Virus record (IMG/VR): IMGVR_UViG_3300034683_000192
Coordinates: 1-64,000 of that record
Strand: one strand, 5' to 3'
Length of the DNA stretch: 64,000 nucleotides
Source of the DNA: a virus
Position 1 is the stretch's first letter. Each line of letters opens with the position of its first letter. This document shows, piece after piece, positions 8,807 through 18,027 of this stretch. The notes below the pieces were generated by a model that saw only the letters and a list, made by a program, of their open reading frames with translations, was not told the DNA's origin and ran no database searches. A program made the position numbers and the translations under genes.

Positions 8807-11329
8807 TTACGATTCCAGTAGGCCAAGTTCTTCAAGGATCATCTTGCGAGTGGTTGAGTCGTCGCCAAGCATATCTATGATCTTGTCGGCGTCGCCAAGA
8901 CTCGTGATCCGGTGAAGCTGTCTCGTGGTCGGATCAGTGCAGGTAAGTTCAAGTACCTCTTTGGTCATACCACCGAGCCCCTTGTTACGGGAAGTCAGCA
9001 GTCGCTTATTGAGATTCTCGAATATCTGATAGAGCTGCACAATTGTCAGTTTGGTAGACTTCATGCTATCTGTCATTTTGGTCGTAGCACGAATCTCCAG
9101 ATCCTTCCACCGCAGATTGAACAGGATAGGCATAAGCTCTTCGTAAAGAGCATCGACGACTCCTTCCAGAGAGAATGAGATGTCCTTAGGACCATCGGAA
9201 AGAGTCAGGATGTTCAGACGTTCGTCGTAGCGCGTACCACGACCAAATACGTCAGAGAGCGTATACTTATCCACCCGGCCAGGCTGGATGAATTTTGTCA
9301 GATAGGTAAGCTTCTCAAGAATGATCTCCGGAATACCTAGGCGACGAGAGAGTTCATCGTAGATTTCTCCGATGGATACGACGATTTGGCAAAACTCGTA
9401 GAAATGCTCATCGTCGAGAACTGACGCCGACTTGATAATCTCAGAAAGTTTCGATTCTTTGGAGACCCCGATGGAGATGCTGAGTACTGGAGAGTACAAG
9501 CACTTGATACGGAAGCTCGTAAGTTCCCGCTTGGATCGGATGAACAGCTTTCGCTTATCGCGATCATCGAAAGTCACTTCGTACAATGGAGGGTTCGCGA
9601 TGTATACCATCCCTGTCGTAATGATGAGTGGATTGATCTGGTAAAGTGCACCAATGTGCAATGCCCGGATATGTCCACCATCAATATCGGCATCCTGACA
9701 CAGGATAATTTTCCCATATCTTGCCGTGGACAAATCAGTCTGTCCAGGCCGAATGCCGATGATTTCGATGAGTTCTTTGTACGCAGGAAAGCTATTGATT
9801 CTGGTCAAAGGATCTCTTCGCCCGGCAGACGTCTTTGTAACGTTGATCGGTACACCCTTGATCATGAACACAGCCTGAAATGCAGCATCTCTTGCCATAC
9901 GCAAGTGGTCGGCAGACACACCTTCGACGATGAAGAGTTCTGCGTCTGCACGATTTGACGTACTGCATTCGTAGAACTTTTCGATGTTGATCGATTGTCT
10001 ACGCTGGTCTTTCTTGGAGATGGGCTTGTTGAAGTACTCACAATACTTACCAACGATGTCGTCGGCCAGATGATTGTACAGTTCAAGCCACATGGTTTCT
10101 CCGGAGAATTCGAATGCTTTTTCAAGCATCGCGATATACCGGCGTTCGAATGCCGCTTGCTTGAATCCGTCTTTGGCAAGACCAGTGAACCTGATGTTAC
10201 CATATTTGACGGATAGCGCAGCACAGAGAGGAATGCGATAGATGTCAACGAAGAACTTCTTGTGGTCAGGATCTTCGATGTATCCTGCAAGCTTCATCTT
10301 GAGTGCTGTGAGAAGACCCACGATGTGAGATGACGTCATGTCACGCATCGGAATGTTGTTCACGATGGAGGTAACGTGAGTCCCACGATAGATCTTGGGA
10401 AGGTACAGATTGATGTCGAAACTGAGCTGGACCTTCTCTTCCCATGTTTCTCCTCTGGCAGGATCAGAGAGAGTCATCGTTTCGTATTCGAGTTCTGGGA
10501 ATGGACCACTTGAGATGTGTTTGAATTCCCAGATAAACGAAGTATCGGTGACTTCCCACATTTCACGCAGGTTAGCCATGACAGTATCATTGTCCTCACC
10601 ATCAGCAAGAACGATAGCTTTGTCACGATACTCCGTATCGATGAACTTAAGCGCCTCATGCGCGTTCATTGTCCAGAAGTAATCCGGAATGCTTTCATAT
10701 ACCGCACGGCAGACGATGTGCGTGTTTTGGCTGAACATCCCAATGAGCAAAGCTCGCTTTACGAGTTGTTCATAGTGAACTTCAGTGAATGTATCGACAT
10801 CAGTGAAGAACTTTTCTCTCGGACACATCGCGACCATGGTACCCGTCATGTCGTCGGGATAATCATCGATGGACGAGGATATGAGATCCCCACGATGGAA
10901 GACAAGATGCCCGATCTTGTTTTCACGCTTTGTGATGACTTTGAAATTTTCAGAGAGAACCATGGCAACTTTGCCACCGATACCATTCAGACCACCCGAA
11001 GTCTGATACGCATTCTTGGTGTATTTGCCAGAGGTCTTGAGGCTGGTAAATGATTGTTCGAGTTTCCCGAGAGGTACTCCTCGACCATTGTCACTGATGA
11101 TGACCTGCCACGTGTTCTTGCGCTTGTCAAGAAACAGCAGAATGTCAATGGAACCACCTGGACGGATTTCAGTTTCGTCGATGGAGTTGTCGAAAATTTC
11201 ATTGACACAGTGCATCTGACCTTCATGGTCAATCGTCCGGATATGGTTCTCCGGACGAAGCAGAATCCAGTCTTTGTCTGACAGATTCTGAATGTCGTCG
11301 TCACCGTAACTCAATTCGATTTCGCTCAC
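8807..11329 (-). CDS. gyrB: Type IIA topoisomerase subunit B (GyrB/ParE-like)
   Basis: GHKL ATPase motifs EIFDNSIDE, DNGRGVP and GGLNGIG; TOPRIM motifs IVEGVSA and DADIDGGHI; GTG start with SD GGAGG. Confidence 0.92.
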   Translation of the reverse strand: MSEIELSYGDDDIQNLSDKDWILLRPENHIRTIDHEGQMHCVNEIFDNSIDETEIRPGGSIDILLFLDKRKNTWQVIISDNGRGVPLGKLEQSFTSLKTSGKYTKNAYQTSGGLNGIGGKVAMVLSENFKVITKRENKIGHLVFHRGDLISSSIDDYPDDMTGTMVAMCPREKFFTDVDTFTEVHYEQLVKRALLIGMFSQNTHIVCRAVYESIPDYFWTMNAHEALKFIDTEYRDKAIVLADGEDNDTVMANLREMWEVTDTSFIWEFKHISSGPFPELEYETMTLSDPARGETWEEKVQLSFDINLYLPKIYRGTHVTSIVNNIPMRDMTSSHIVGLLTALKMKLAGYIEDPDHKKFFVDIYRIPLCAALSVKYGNIRFTGLAKDGFKQAAFERRYIAMLEKAFEFSGETMWLELYNHLADDIVGKYCEYFNKPISKKDQRRQSINIEKFYECSTSNRADAELFIVEGVSADHLRMARDAAFQAVFMIKGVPINVTKTSAGRRDPLTRINSFPAYKELIEIIGIRPGQTDLSTARYGKIILCQDADIDGGHIRALHIGALYQINPLIITTGMVYIANPPLYEVTFDDRDKRKLFIRSKRELTSFRIKCLYSPVLSISIGVSKESKLSEIIKSASVLDDEHFYEFCQIVVSIGEIYDELSRRLGIPEIILEKLTYLTKFIQPGRVDKYTLSDVFGRGTRYDERLNILTLSDGPKDISFSLEGVVDALYEELMPILFNLRWKDLEIRATTKMTDSMKSTKLTIVQLYQIFENLNKRLLTSRNKGLGGMTKEVLELTCTDPTTRQLHRITSLGDADKIIDMLGDDSTTRKMILEELGLLES

Positions 11330-11402
11330 AGTAACCTCCGCATGCGATTTGTATACGATATGCTACCGATGTTCAAGATAACATCGATTCAAGTCCAAAT
11401 TT

Positions 11403-11410
11403 GTAATATA
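11403..11410 (-). promoter_or_regulatory. Early promoter motif TATATTAC upstream of gyrB
   Basis: Exact motif about 75 nt upstream of the gyrB start. Confidence 0.7.
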
Positions 11411-11467
11411 TACGTGTCTTCTTTTTCATCATATGCGAATACACTTATTTCGTGGGAGTTTGTCATC

Positions 11468-11977
11468 ATGGAAGAAAAGATATTGGAACCTCAGCACCAC
11501 TCTACTCCGACTATCGACATCGTCGATATTGATCCAGAAAATATCAAGCCGGTAGAGAAATATCTCGATCATGCAGACATCGTAGCAAACGATGTCTCGA
11601 CTCGTCGTCATAAACTCATGGAGAAGATTGAATCTGCGGTTGATTCAATCACGTTCGATTTCAATACCGATTCTCCGCGAGATGTCGAAAAGAAACTTGC
11701 GGCAGTAAAGATGTATACCGATATTCTCGAATCACGAGAAAAGACTGCAGAACGTAGAGTCAATCAGCGACTCAAGGTGAAGCAGGCCGATTCCACCGAG
11801 AACCTCGGTAAGGTCGTCGTCGAACTTCTCAAGACTATCGATCCTCGAAAGCAGTTTCAGGGTGCTGATGGTCCTAAGGATATTCCTGCCGAGGATCTCA
11901 AAGAACTCGAATCACTGGCAGCGTCTATTGAAGTTTCTGATACAGTCTTGCGTACAGATGCGTTCGATTTGACGTAA
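11468..11977 (+). CDS. Hypothetical protein, helical
   Basis: Start refined to MEEKILEP (SD GGGAG); phage-like codon usage. Confidence 0.75.
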   Translation: MEEKILEPQHHSTPTIDIVDIDPENIKPVEKYLDHADIVANDVSTRRHKLMEKIESAVDSITFDFNTDSPRDVEKKLAAVKMYTDILESREKTAERRVNQRLKVKQADSTENLGKVVVELLKTIDPRKQFQGADGPKDIPAEDLKELESLAASIEVSDTVLRTDAFDLT

Positions 11978-12029
11978 GACTATTGTCGGAAAATACGGGT
12001 ATATCCTAATTGTATAGACGAAGTGTCTC

Positions 12030-12100
12030 GCTCATAGCCCACAAGCTGGTACTCCCCTGCAACCCAGCACCCGCGAATGAGCACTGGCCCGAACCAGTGG
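12030..12100. ncRNA. Candidate small structured RNA between convergent genes
   Basis: GC-rich long hairpin (GCTCAT/ATGAGC, GCTGG/CCAGC) followed by a CACTGG/CCAGTG hairpin. Confidence 0.25.
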
Positions 12101-12131
12101 CACGCCGTTGTGGTTTCCATCATCCCAGTAT

Positions 12132-12163
12132 CCTAGAGGAGACCCAGCTGGGTCTCCTCTAGG
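12132..12163. terminator. 32-bp perfect palindrome, putative terminator
   Basis: CCTAGAGGAGACCC-agct-GGGTCTCCTCTAGG between convergent genes. Confidence 0.7.
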
Positions 12164-12196
12164 GTATTCGTTATGCTGCGTATTGTAATTGAACGA

Positions 12197-12844
12197 TTAC
12201 TTGCGCATCCGTGCCTGAATGAACCGCACGAAATGATCGCCACCGAGAACCTTCTTGCAGTACTCGTAGTCGATCTTCGGCTTGCGATCAGACAGCAGTT
12301 CGTAAACGAGCATGTACGCGACACTGATTCGATCACGAACCGATCTGCTGAACTGATTCACTCCGATGAGTACCGTATCGAGCGTGGGACGTGAAGCACC
12401 CATGTCGGCGATGAACGTAAGGAATCGTTCGAGTACTTCCGTACGATCCTGCTGATCAACTGCGTACCTGATGATGCGATGCAGCGATGCGCGAACTTCG
12501 GAGATATCCGTCAGAGCCTTCGTCTTACGGAGTTCTTCGTAGTTTTCAATCATGCCGATGATCATCTTTTCCGAACTCGTGACAGTCTTGGCTTGAGCAG
12601 CTTCCGGCTTGACCACACCAGGTTTTGGCGTTTCCGTTTTCTGCGTGGTGGGAGTCTCGATCTTTTTCGGTTCTGCAGCAGGAGTTTCTTCGGCCACAGG
12701 TACAGGAGTTTCCGCGACAGCTTCCTTGACTTCGGGAGTAGCTTCGACAGGCGTTTCTGTGGCAGTCTGTTCAGCTGCTTTGCTTTCCACGATTTTCGCG
12801 AGTTCAGCAGGAGATACAGTCTGGGCAGGCGTCTTGTTGGACAT
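12197..12844 (-). CDS. Hypothetical protein with Ala/Glu/Pro/Thr-rich N-terminus
   Basis: 215 aa with SD GAGGT; low-complexity N-terminal half. Confidence 0.75.
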   Translation of the reverse strand: MSNKTPAQTVSPAELAKIVESKAAEQTATETPVEATPEVKEAVAETPVPVAEETPAAEPKKIETPTTQKTETPKPGVVKPEAAQAKTVTSSEKMIIGMIENYEELRKTKALTDISEVRASLHRIIRYAVDQQDRTEVLERFLTFIADMGASRPTLDTVLIGVNQFSRSVRDRISVAYMLVYELLSDRKPKIDYEYCKKVLGGDHFVRFIQARMRK

Positions 12845-12892
12845 GTTGAGATACCTCTCCGGTAAAGTTTCTGGTCTATAGCATCAATAAAA

Positions 12893-14296
12893 CTAGACGA
12901 GGTACTCGTCCAGATTCTCCACGACAAAACTCGACATCTTTGTTCCATGCATGGCTTTCATGGACATGAGCAAAAATGCCGAACCAAGTTCCAGTGCCAA
13001 GGACCCGATGCTATCCATGTCCAAGGTACGGAAAGATTCTCCACCACAAGTATAACAGAATCCGCCTGTGGTCTGGCAATACATGAAACTACGCATCTTC
13101 CATGTGTTACCAATAAATTTCGTCTGGTTTGCTGGTGTAATGGTCTCGAGTTTCGTAGGTCCTACAAAGACATTTCGTCCGTAGAAAGCGCTCACATTCT
13201 GTTGTGTGATTGCGACCATGAGTCCACGAGATGTATTACAATCTTCTTCAGTGATTCTGAGGTTCTGAAGAAGACGCATAAGCTTTTTGGTCTGAACACC
13301 ACCCTCTGCAGTTTCAATCCCTCGGTTATACGAACCCTTACGGATATCATTGCAGAATGTTGGTATTGCACTTTTTTCCCATCCATCGATAAGTGCACCT
13401 TCGATGAATGAATAATCTCCTTGATTTTGTTTAAACTCTTCCATGAGACCTACTGCAAGATATTGTCTCTTTCGGTGGACATTGAATTTCTTGCTGGCTG
13501 ATCCATAGAACCCCATCGCTGGATCGCCTTTCAGATAGTTCTTATCGTGTTTGATAAGCTCATCTTCGATTTCTGCACAAATAACTGGATTATCCAGATT
13601 ATCGGCATACTTTTTGAGAAGCTCAGCTTTCACTTTACCGATGTCCGGTGGAGGAGTAAGCGCTTTCTTAGAAAATACCGGAACATACAGTTCAGTCATC
13701 GATCCAAGAAAGAATGCTTGATTGAGATAAGTCCCAATCTGTTCGGCAGTGATTTCACCACCCAAAGCTTTCTGTCCGATAACTGCTTCTACTTTTTTTG
13801 CATCAAAGATCCCATTGATGTACGGAACTTTGTTTCCAAAGATAGATGCAAGTACTACGTAATTGAGAAGATACCGACCAATGGTAGTTTCTTCTTCACC
13901 GACGTAGTTCTCGATCATTCCGGACTTTAGTTTAAACTCTGCGTATATGTCAAGTGGAACTTCATCTGCTTTTCTTCCAAGACGAATGAATCGAACTTCT
14001 GCTTTCTTTTCTTCTTCAGAATACAGAATAGGTTCTATTGCGTATTGTTCATTTTTGATGTCTATGACAATATACGATCCTCGGCAGTGAGTGTACATGT
14101 CGTCAGTGATTTCTGCGAATCCGTGATAACCGAAACTCGTTTCACCGAGCGATGGTACGATTTTCAAGAACTCTTCTGCAATATCTGAGCTGTTTCTGTC
14201 AGTGATTGTGAAAAGATCCAAAAGAGTCGCACGTTTCGTAAGACCTGCTCTTCTGTCTTCCGAAGTGAACCACGATATGGCGTGATCGCTATACAT
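12893..14296 (-). CDS. rpoC: RNA polymerase beta'-subunit C-terminal part (virion RNAP, phiKZ gp80-like)
   Basis: Bridge helix ETAEGGVQTKKLMRLLQNLRITEEDCNT, Zn site RSFMYCQTTGGFCYTCGG, and trigger-loop-like IGSLALELGSAFLLMSMKAMH. Confidence 0.85.
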   Translation of the reverse strand: MYSDHAISWFTSEDRRAGLTKRATLLDLFTITDRNSSDIAEEFLKIVPSLGETSFGYHGFAEITDDMYTHCRGSYIVIDIKNEQYAIEPILYSEEEKKAEVRFIRLGRKADEVPLDIYAEFKLKSGMIENYVGEEETTIGRYLLNYVVLASIFGNKVPYINGIFDAKKVEAVIGQKALGGEITAEQIGTYLNQAFFLGSMTELYVPVFSKKALTPPPDIGKVKAELLKKYADNLDNPVICAEIEDELIKHDKNYLKGDPAMGFYGSASKKFNVHRKRQYLAVGLMEEFKQNQGDYSFIEGALIDGWEKSAIPTFCNDIRKGSYNRGIETAEGGVQTKKLMRLLQNLRITEEDCNTSRGLMVAITQQNVSAFYGRNVFVGPTKLETITPANQTKFIGNTWKMRSFMYCQTTGGFCYTCGGESFRTLDMDSIGSLALELGSAFLLMSMKAMHGTKMSSFVVENLDEYLV

Positions 14297-15455
14297 CAGT
14301 TACTCCCGTGGGAATAGAAAATATTTTTGTGTGCTCATATTCTTCGTACGCACGAATGAGTGCTCTACCGTATGTCGGTACGGCAAAATAGAATTCTTCA
14401 CTCAATCTATCCCGTATCCACAAAAGAAATGAGATTTGTTCTGGCGAAAATACAGGTTCTTGCTCAGCACCTTCGAAGTGTTTCGGAAAATATGAATTGA
14501 GTAAATCGCTCACTTCGTTGTAGTAGAATTCTTTCGAAGAAGTACCTGGCTCCACCATGTGACAAATCAGTTCGACACAATTCTCGAGAGTGGGACGTTG
14601 TCCTCTCGAAAGATAGTATTCGATGTGGTGGGTAGTATTTGATTTGTGTTCGAGTATGATCGCATCCTGTTTCTTCTTCATTTCTGGATGCAACTCATTG
14701 GGATTCGTCATCACTGCCCATACAAGTTCATTGACGTGGGCACCAGTGATCTTATCGATGTCGTACATCTTGATCGCATGTTCAAGTATGTCGAGTCTCA
14801 GCTTAGTAGGATCATGTTCTACTGCAGCTGGATCTGCAAGGAAGTTTTTTTGCTTTGCGATATTGATGATAGTCTCAACTGCATGTTTAAAAAACACTCG
14901 ACCCCAATTGATCTTTTCCAAATATTCTTTTCTGACTGCAGCTGAGTCTTCGGTGAGTGTAGCTTTTGGTACAGAGAGAGCAATGATCGCCTGTACATGT
15001 CTTGACAACATGACGTTACTCGTCATGAAGTTCTCGACGCGTATTGCGGTCTCAACGTCTTCTACTCTGTTAGGAAAATTACGAGAGTAACTTTCCAGAA
15101 GTTCATGGAAGAAAGTATCTTCGTCTCCTTCAAAGATCATGTCGAGCTCATCAATCCATTCACGTTTTACAGTGATAGAATTTTTGAGATTGTCCTTATC
15201 GAAGATCTTTCGGATAGCGACGAGTGCATCTGCGTGATAGAAAGATGAAAGAAGTTCATCGTCGTCAATAGTAGGAAAGATACCGAGTTCTCTAAGTTCC
15301 TTCAGAATAACTCGATAACAGTCCACTAGAATGGCTATTTCTGCTTGTCTATCCATCTCAGGATAGTTCCCGAGGTATACTCCACTCGCTATGTAGTGAT
15401 CCACCCCATCAGATACTGATCTGAGGGTATTGAGTTTCTCGTTGATATCCAGCAT
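14289..15455 (-). CDS. Hypothetical protein
   Basis: Start refined to MLDINEK (SD AAGGAG); 8-nt overlap with the RNAP gene. Confidence 0.8.
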   Translation of the reverse strand: MLDINEKLNTLRSVSDGVDHYIASGVYLGNYPEMDRQAEIAILVDCYRVILKELRELGIFPTIDDDELLSSFYHADALVAIRKIFDKDNLKNSITVKREWIDELDMIFEGDEDTFFHELLESYSRNFPNRVEDVETAIRVENFMTSNVMLSRHVQAIIALSVPKATLTEDSAAVRKEYLEKINWGRVFFKHAVETIINIAKQKNFLADPAAVEHDPTKLRLDILEHAIKMYDIDKITGAHVNELVWAVMTNPNELHPEMKKKQDAIILEHKSNTTHHIEYYLSRGQRPTLENCVELICHMVEPGTSSKEFYYNEVSDLLNSYFPKHFEGAEQEPVFSPEQISFLLWIRDRLSEEFYFAVPTYGRALIRAYEEYEHTKIFSIPTGVTDV

Positions 15456-15710
15456 GGGAATCTCCTTAATCAGGATTGTAATGCATACTATTCGCAATCT
15501 CATTTAAAACTATCAATATACTGGAGATTTTAGTATATTCTTGTAAAAAAATATATGTACTATAATTACATGTGAAACATTTCTTCTCTTTTGAGAAGGG
15601 AGGCAGACGAAGTCTGCATATCTGTGAGACACTTCCTTATTTTGTATTAGAAGTAATGTTGATAACATCCTTATTTTGACTTTAGATAAGAAGATAAGAA
15701 TAACGATCAA

Positions 15711-15810
15711 AGGAGATTCCCATTAGGGAATCTCCTATTAAAAGTAAAAAGAAAAATCTTTGCGAAATTGAGTTTTATGGGAGGGATCTCCCTTGGTAGA
15801 GATCCCTCCC
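15711..15810. terminator. Two tandem stem-loops in an AT-rich intergenic region
   Basis: AGGAGATTCCC-atta-GGGAATCTCCT (15711-15736) and GGGAGGGATCTC..GAGATCCCTCCC (15779-15810). Confidence 0.6.
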
Positions 15811-15890
15811 TTTCTGGGTGCTACGCGATGGCAATTGCCAGTTTAAACGATTTACATGGAGACCCCCGATTAAAGAAGTCTCCCTGTAAA

Positions 15891-16340
15891 TCATTTTGAG
15901 CTATCTTTCTTTCGTATGTAACTGGTCAACTCGTTGAGCTCTGGATGATGCTCATCTCTGAGTATCCAAAGCAATCTTGGGAGAGGGCATGCCAACTGAA
16001 CGAAGGCCGAAAATACCGGACTCGCGATCAGTTTATTCAGGGGTCGTGTATTTTCAGTAGACTTCTTAAACCAGTAGATCGTACTCGATATAGTAGCCAC
16101 GATCATTCGGTCATCCTCGTCGTACGAAAAATATCTGACCTGATTTTCTGGAATACGTTCTCCAGAGATGGTGTCATTCGCGTCTTTATGTAATTCGACC
16201 ACGAATGCAGTCACCTGTTCCGAAGATTGGTTTGTCACTGGATCGAATATCGACTCAGTCACAATGCTCAATACGTGGTCATCGCCCGCTTCTACCCACT
16301 TGATTGGCGAGTCTTCAGGGAATGATTTGGTATAGTCCAT
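15891..16340 (-). CDS. Hypothetical protein
   Basis: Start refined to MDYTKSF (SD AAGGA). Confidence 0.7.
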   Translation of the reverse strand: MDYTKSFPEDSPIKWVEAGDDHVLSIVTESIFDPVTNQSSEQVTAFVVELHKDANDTISGERIPENQVRYFSYDEDDRMIVATISSTIYWFKKSTENTRPLNKLIASPVFSAFVQLACPLPRLLWILRDEHHPELNELTSYIRKKDSSK

Positions 16341-16357
16341 GGAATTTGTTTCCTTTT

Positions 16358-16753
16358 CTATTGGATTGCGTGAGCATCGCACTTGACGGTGGCGTGGCCA
16401 GGTGTACGCTTATGATCAGGAACGCACGCCATTTCGATGTCTTCCCAGTTGGCGAACTTCACCACGCGAACAGCAGCAGTTCCCTTGAACAGGGCTTTGA
16501 TGAGCGCCATCTCACCACCGAGGACGTAGCCGTTCGGGTCGATGAGGATCTTCCCGCGCAGATCTTCGCTCATGACGGTACGCATGAACTTTGCCGCGGT
16601 ATTGACCGTCAGGGCTTCGGTGATGATCTTGTTGAAATTCTTATTGAAGACACGAACAGGGACACGTTTCGAAACGATCCCACTTGCGATCTTGTGAAGC
16701 CGGTACATGGAGTAGGGCTGACCATCGGACGCGATGATGACGGACTTGGACAT
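16358..16753 (-). CDS. Degenerate ParB/sulfiredoxin-like domain protein
   Basis: DLRGKILIDPNGYVLGGEMALIKALFKG follows the D-L-x-x-P-I-I...G-x-V-x-D-G-x-H-R-x-x-K-A pattern but lacks DGxHR; SD AAGGAG; C-ending codon bias. Confidence 0.5.
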   Translation of the reverse strand: MSKSVIIASDGQPYSMYRLHKIASGIVSKRVPVRVFNKNFNKIITEALTVNTAAKFMRTVMSEDLRGKILIDPNGYVLGGEMALIKALFKGTAAVRVVKFANWEDIEMACVPDHKRTPGHATVKCDAHAIQ

Positions 16754-16802
16754 GGTAGGCTCCTTATGAAGTTGTGTGGATTAAACAGTTGATCTTACTT
16801 CG

Positions 16803-16810
16803 GTAATATA
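16803..16810 (-). promoter_or_regulatory. Early promoter motif TATATTAC
   Basis: Exact motif 50 nt upstream of the 16753 start. Confidence 0.7.
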
Positions 16811-17019
16811 TGTTTGAATATAATTACATTAACACGACTTTTAGTCGTGATGATTTTATGCAAAAAAGGATGTGTTTCCTTTTGAGCTATGTCATATCCA
16901 AACTTACAACAACGGAGGTTGATATGAAACGTCTCGTTCTCGTGTAACCAGAGTGAAGTTAGGTAATTTCGATTCTTGACTTTCACTCGCAGCGGCTAAG
17001 GTTTGGAGGAAATTGAATC

Positions 17020-17853
17020 ATGCATAAAGGGCAACTAAAAGTCACCTTGGTTGACGAAATCGTCGACTTACCTGCGGTGGCAATTGCCAGGCTTAACCTA
17101 CTGAAGGTTTACCTAGGCTATCGGACGTGTTACTCAAAAGACACTGATCCATTGAAGATGGTAGGATGTGGTGAACGGCACATTGAGCTTGTTGGACATA
17201 CCCCGACAGAAGTCGAAGCAGTTCACATGTCCGTATCGAAAATGGAGAAGCTGATAGCCGATTGTGTAGCCTCCGGTCATGAGGCAGAACTCGAGCATGG
17301 GACACTCACATTTCACGTGAGTGGTGTATCGAGGGCACTGACTCATCAGCAGGTTCGTCATCGTCTAGCGTCGTATGGCCAACAAAGCCAACGATACGTA
17401 AAGATGGACGACCTCGAGGTCATCATTCCTCCATCTATCGAGAATCATGAAAATCCGGAAGTACTTTCGCGCTTTACCAATCTCATCAATCAAATCGAAG
17501 ACTACTATTCATTCGCGATATCGCAGGGTATCAAACCCGAAGATGCTCGCTATGTTACTCCGCAAGCAGCAACGTCAGCGATCACTATTTCCATGAATTT
17601 CCGGTCGCTTCGCAATCTATTTTCACTTCGCTGCTGTAACAGGGCGCAATGGGAAATACGAAATCTTGCTTCGCAGATGCTTGACATCTGCCAGCATCAC
17701 TATCCCGTGATTTTTGCCGATTCTGGTGCCAAGTGCATCCATCTCGGTAAATGTCCTGAAGGCAAGCACATGTGCGCGCACCCCCAGTTCCTGGAACTCA
17801 GACGTGCGTTGACTGCCAAGGAGCCCGTGACCGAAGATGGTCACGTAAATTAA
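17020..17853 (+). CDS. thyX: FAD-dependent thymidylate synthase ThyX
   Basis: ThyX signature VSRALTHQQVRHRLASYGQQSQRY, plus EDARY, MNFRSL and AQWEIR. Confidence 0.95.
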   Translation: MHKGQLKVTLVDEIVDLPAVAIARLNLLKVYLGYRTCYSKDTDPLKMVGCGERHIELVGHTPTEVEAVHMSVSKMEKLIADCVASGHEAELEHGTLTFHVSGVSRALTHQQVRHRLASYGQQSQRYVKMDDLEVIIPPSIENHENPEVLSRFTNLINQIEDYYSFAISQGIKPEDARYVTPQAATSAITISMNFRSLRNLFSLRCCNRAQWEIRNLASQMLDICQHHYPVIFADSGAKCIHLGKCPEGKHMCAHPQFLELRRALTAKEPVTEDGHVN

Positions 17854-17893
17854 GGTCTGTGGCAAATAGAGCAAGTGAAGCTCGTTTTGCATA

Positions 17894-17927
17894 GGGAAGA
17901 GATGTCCCTTTCGGGGACATCTCTCCC
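17894..17927. terminator. Stem-loop after thyX
   Basis: GAGATGTCCC...GGGACATCTC stem. Confidence 0.6.
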
Positions 17928-18027
17928 CCCAGACCTTAAACCCAATCTTATGCAATCAGATGTTCTATAGTAACTAGGTCATGGACGTTTGTTGTTCGTG
18001 TGCCGAAAATATTTAAGGCGGAAACCA

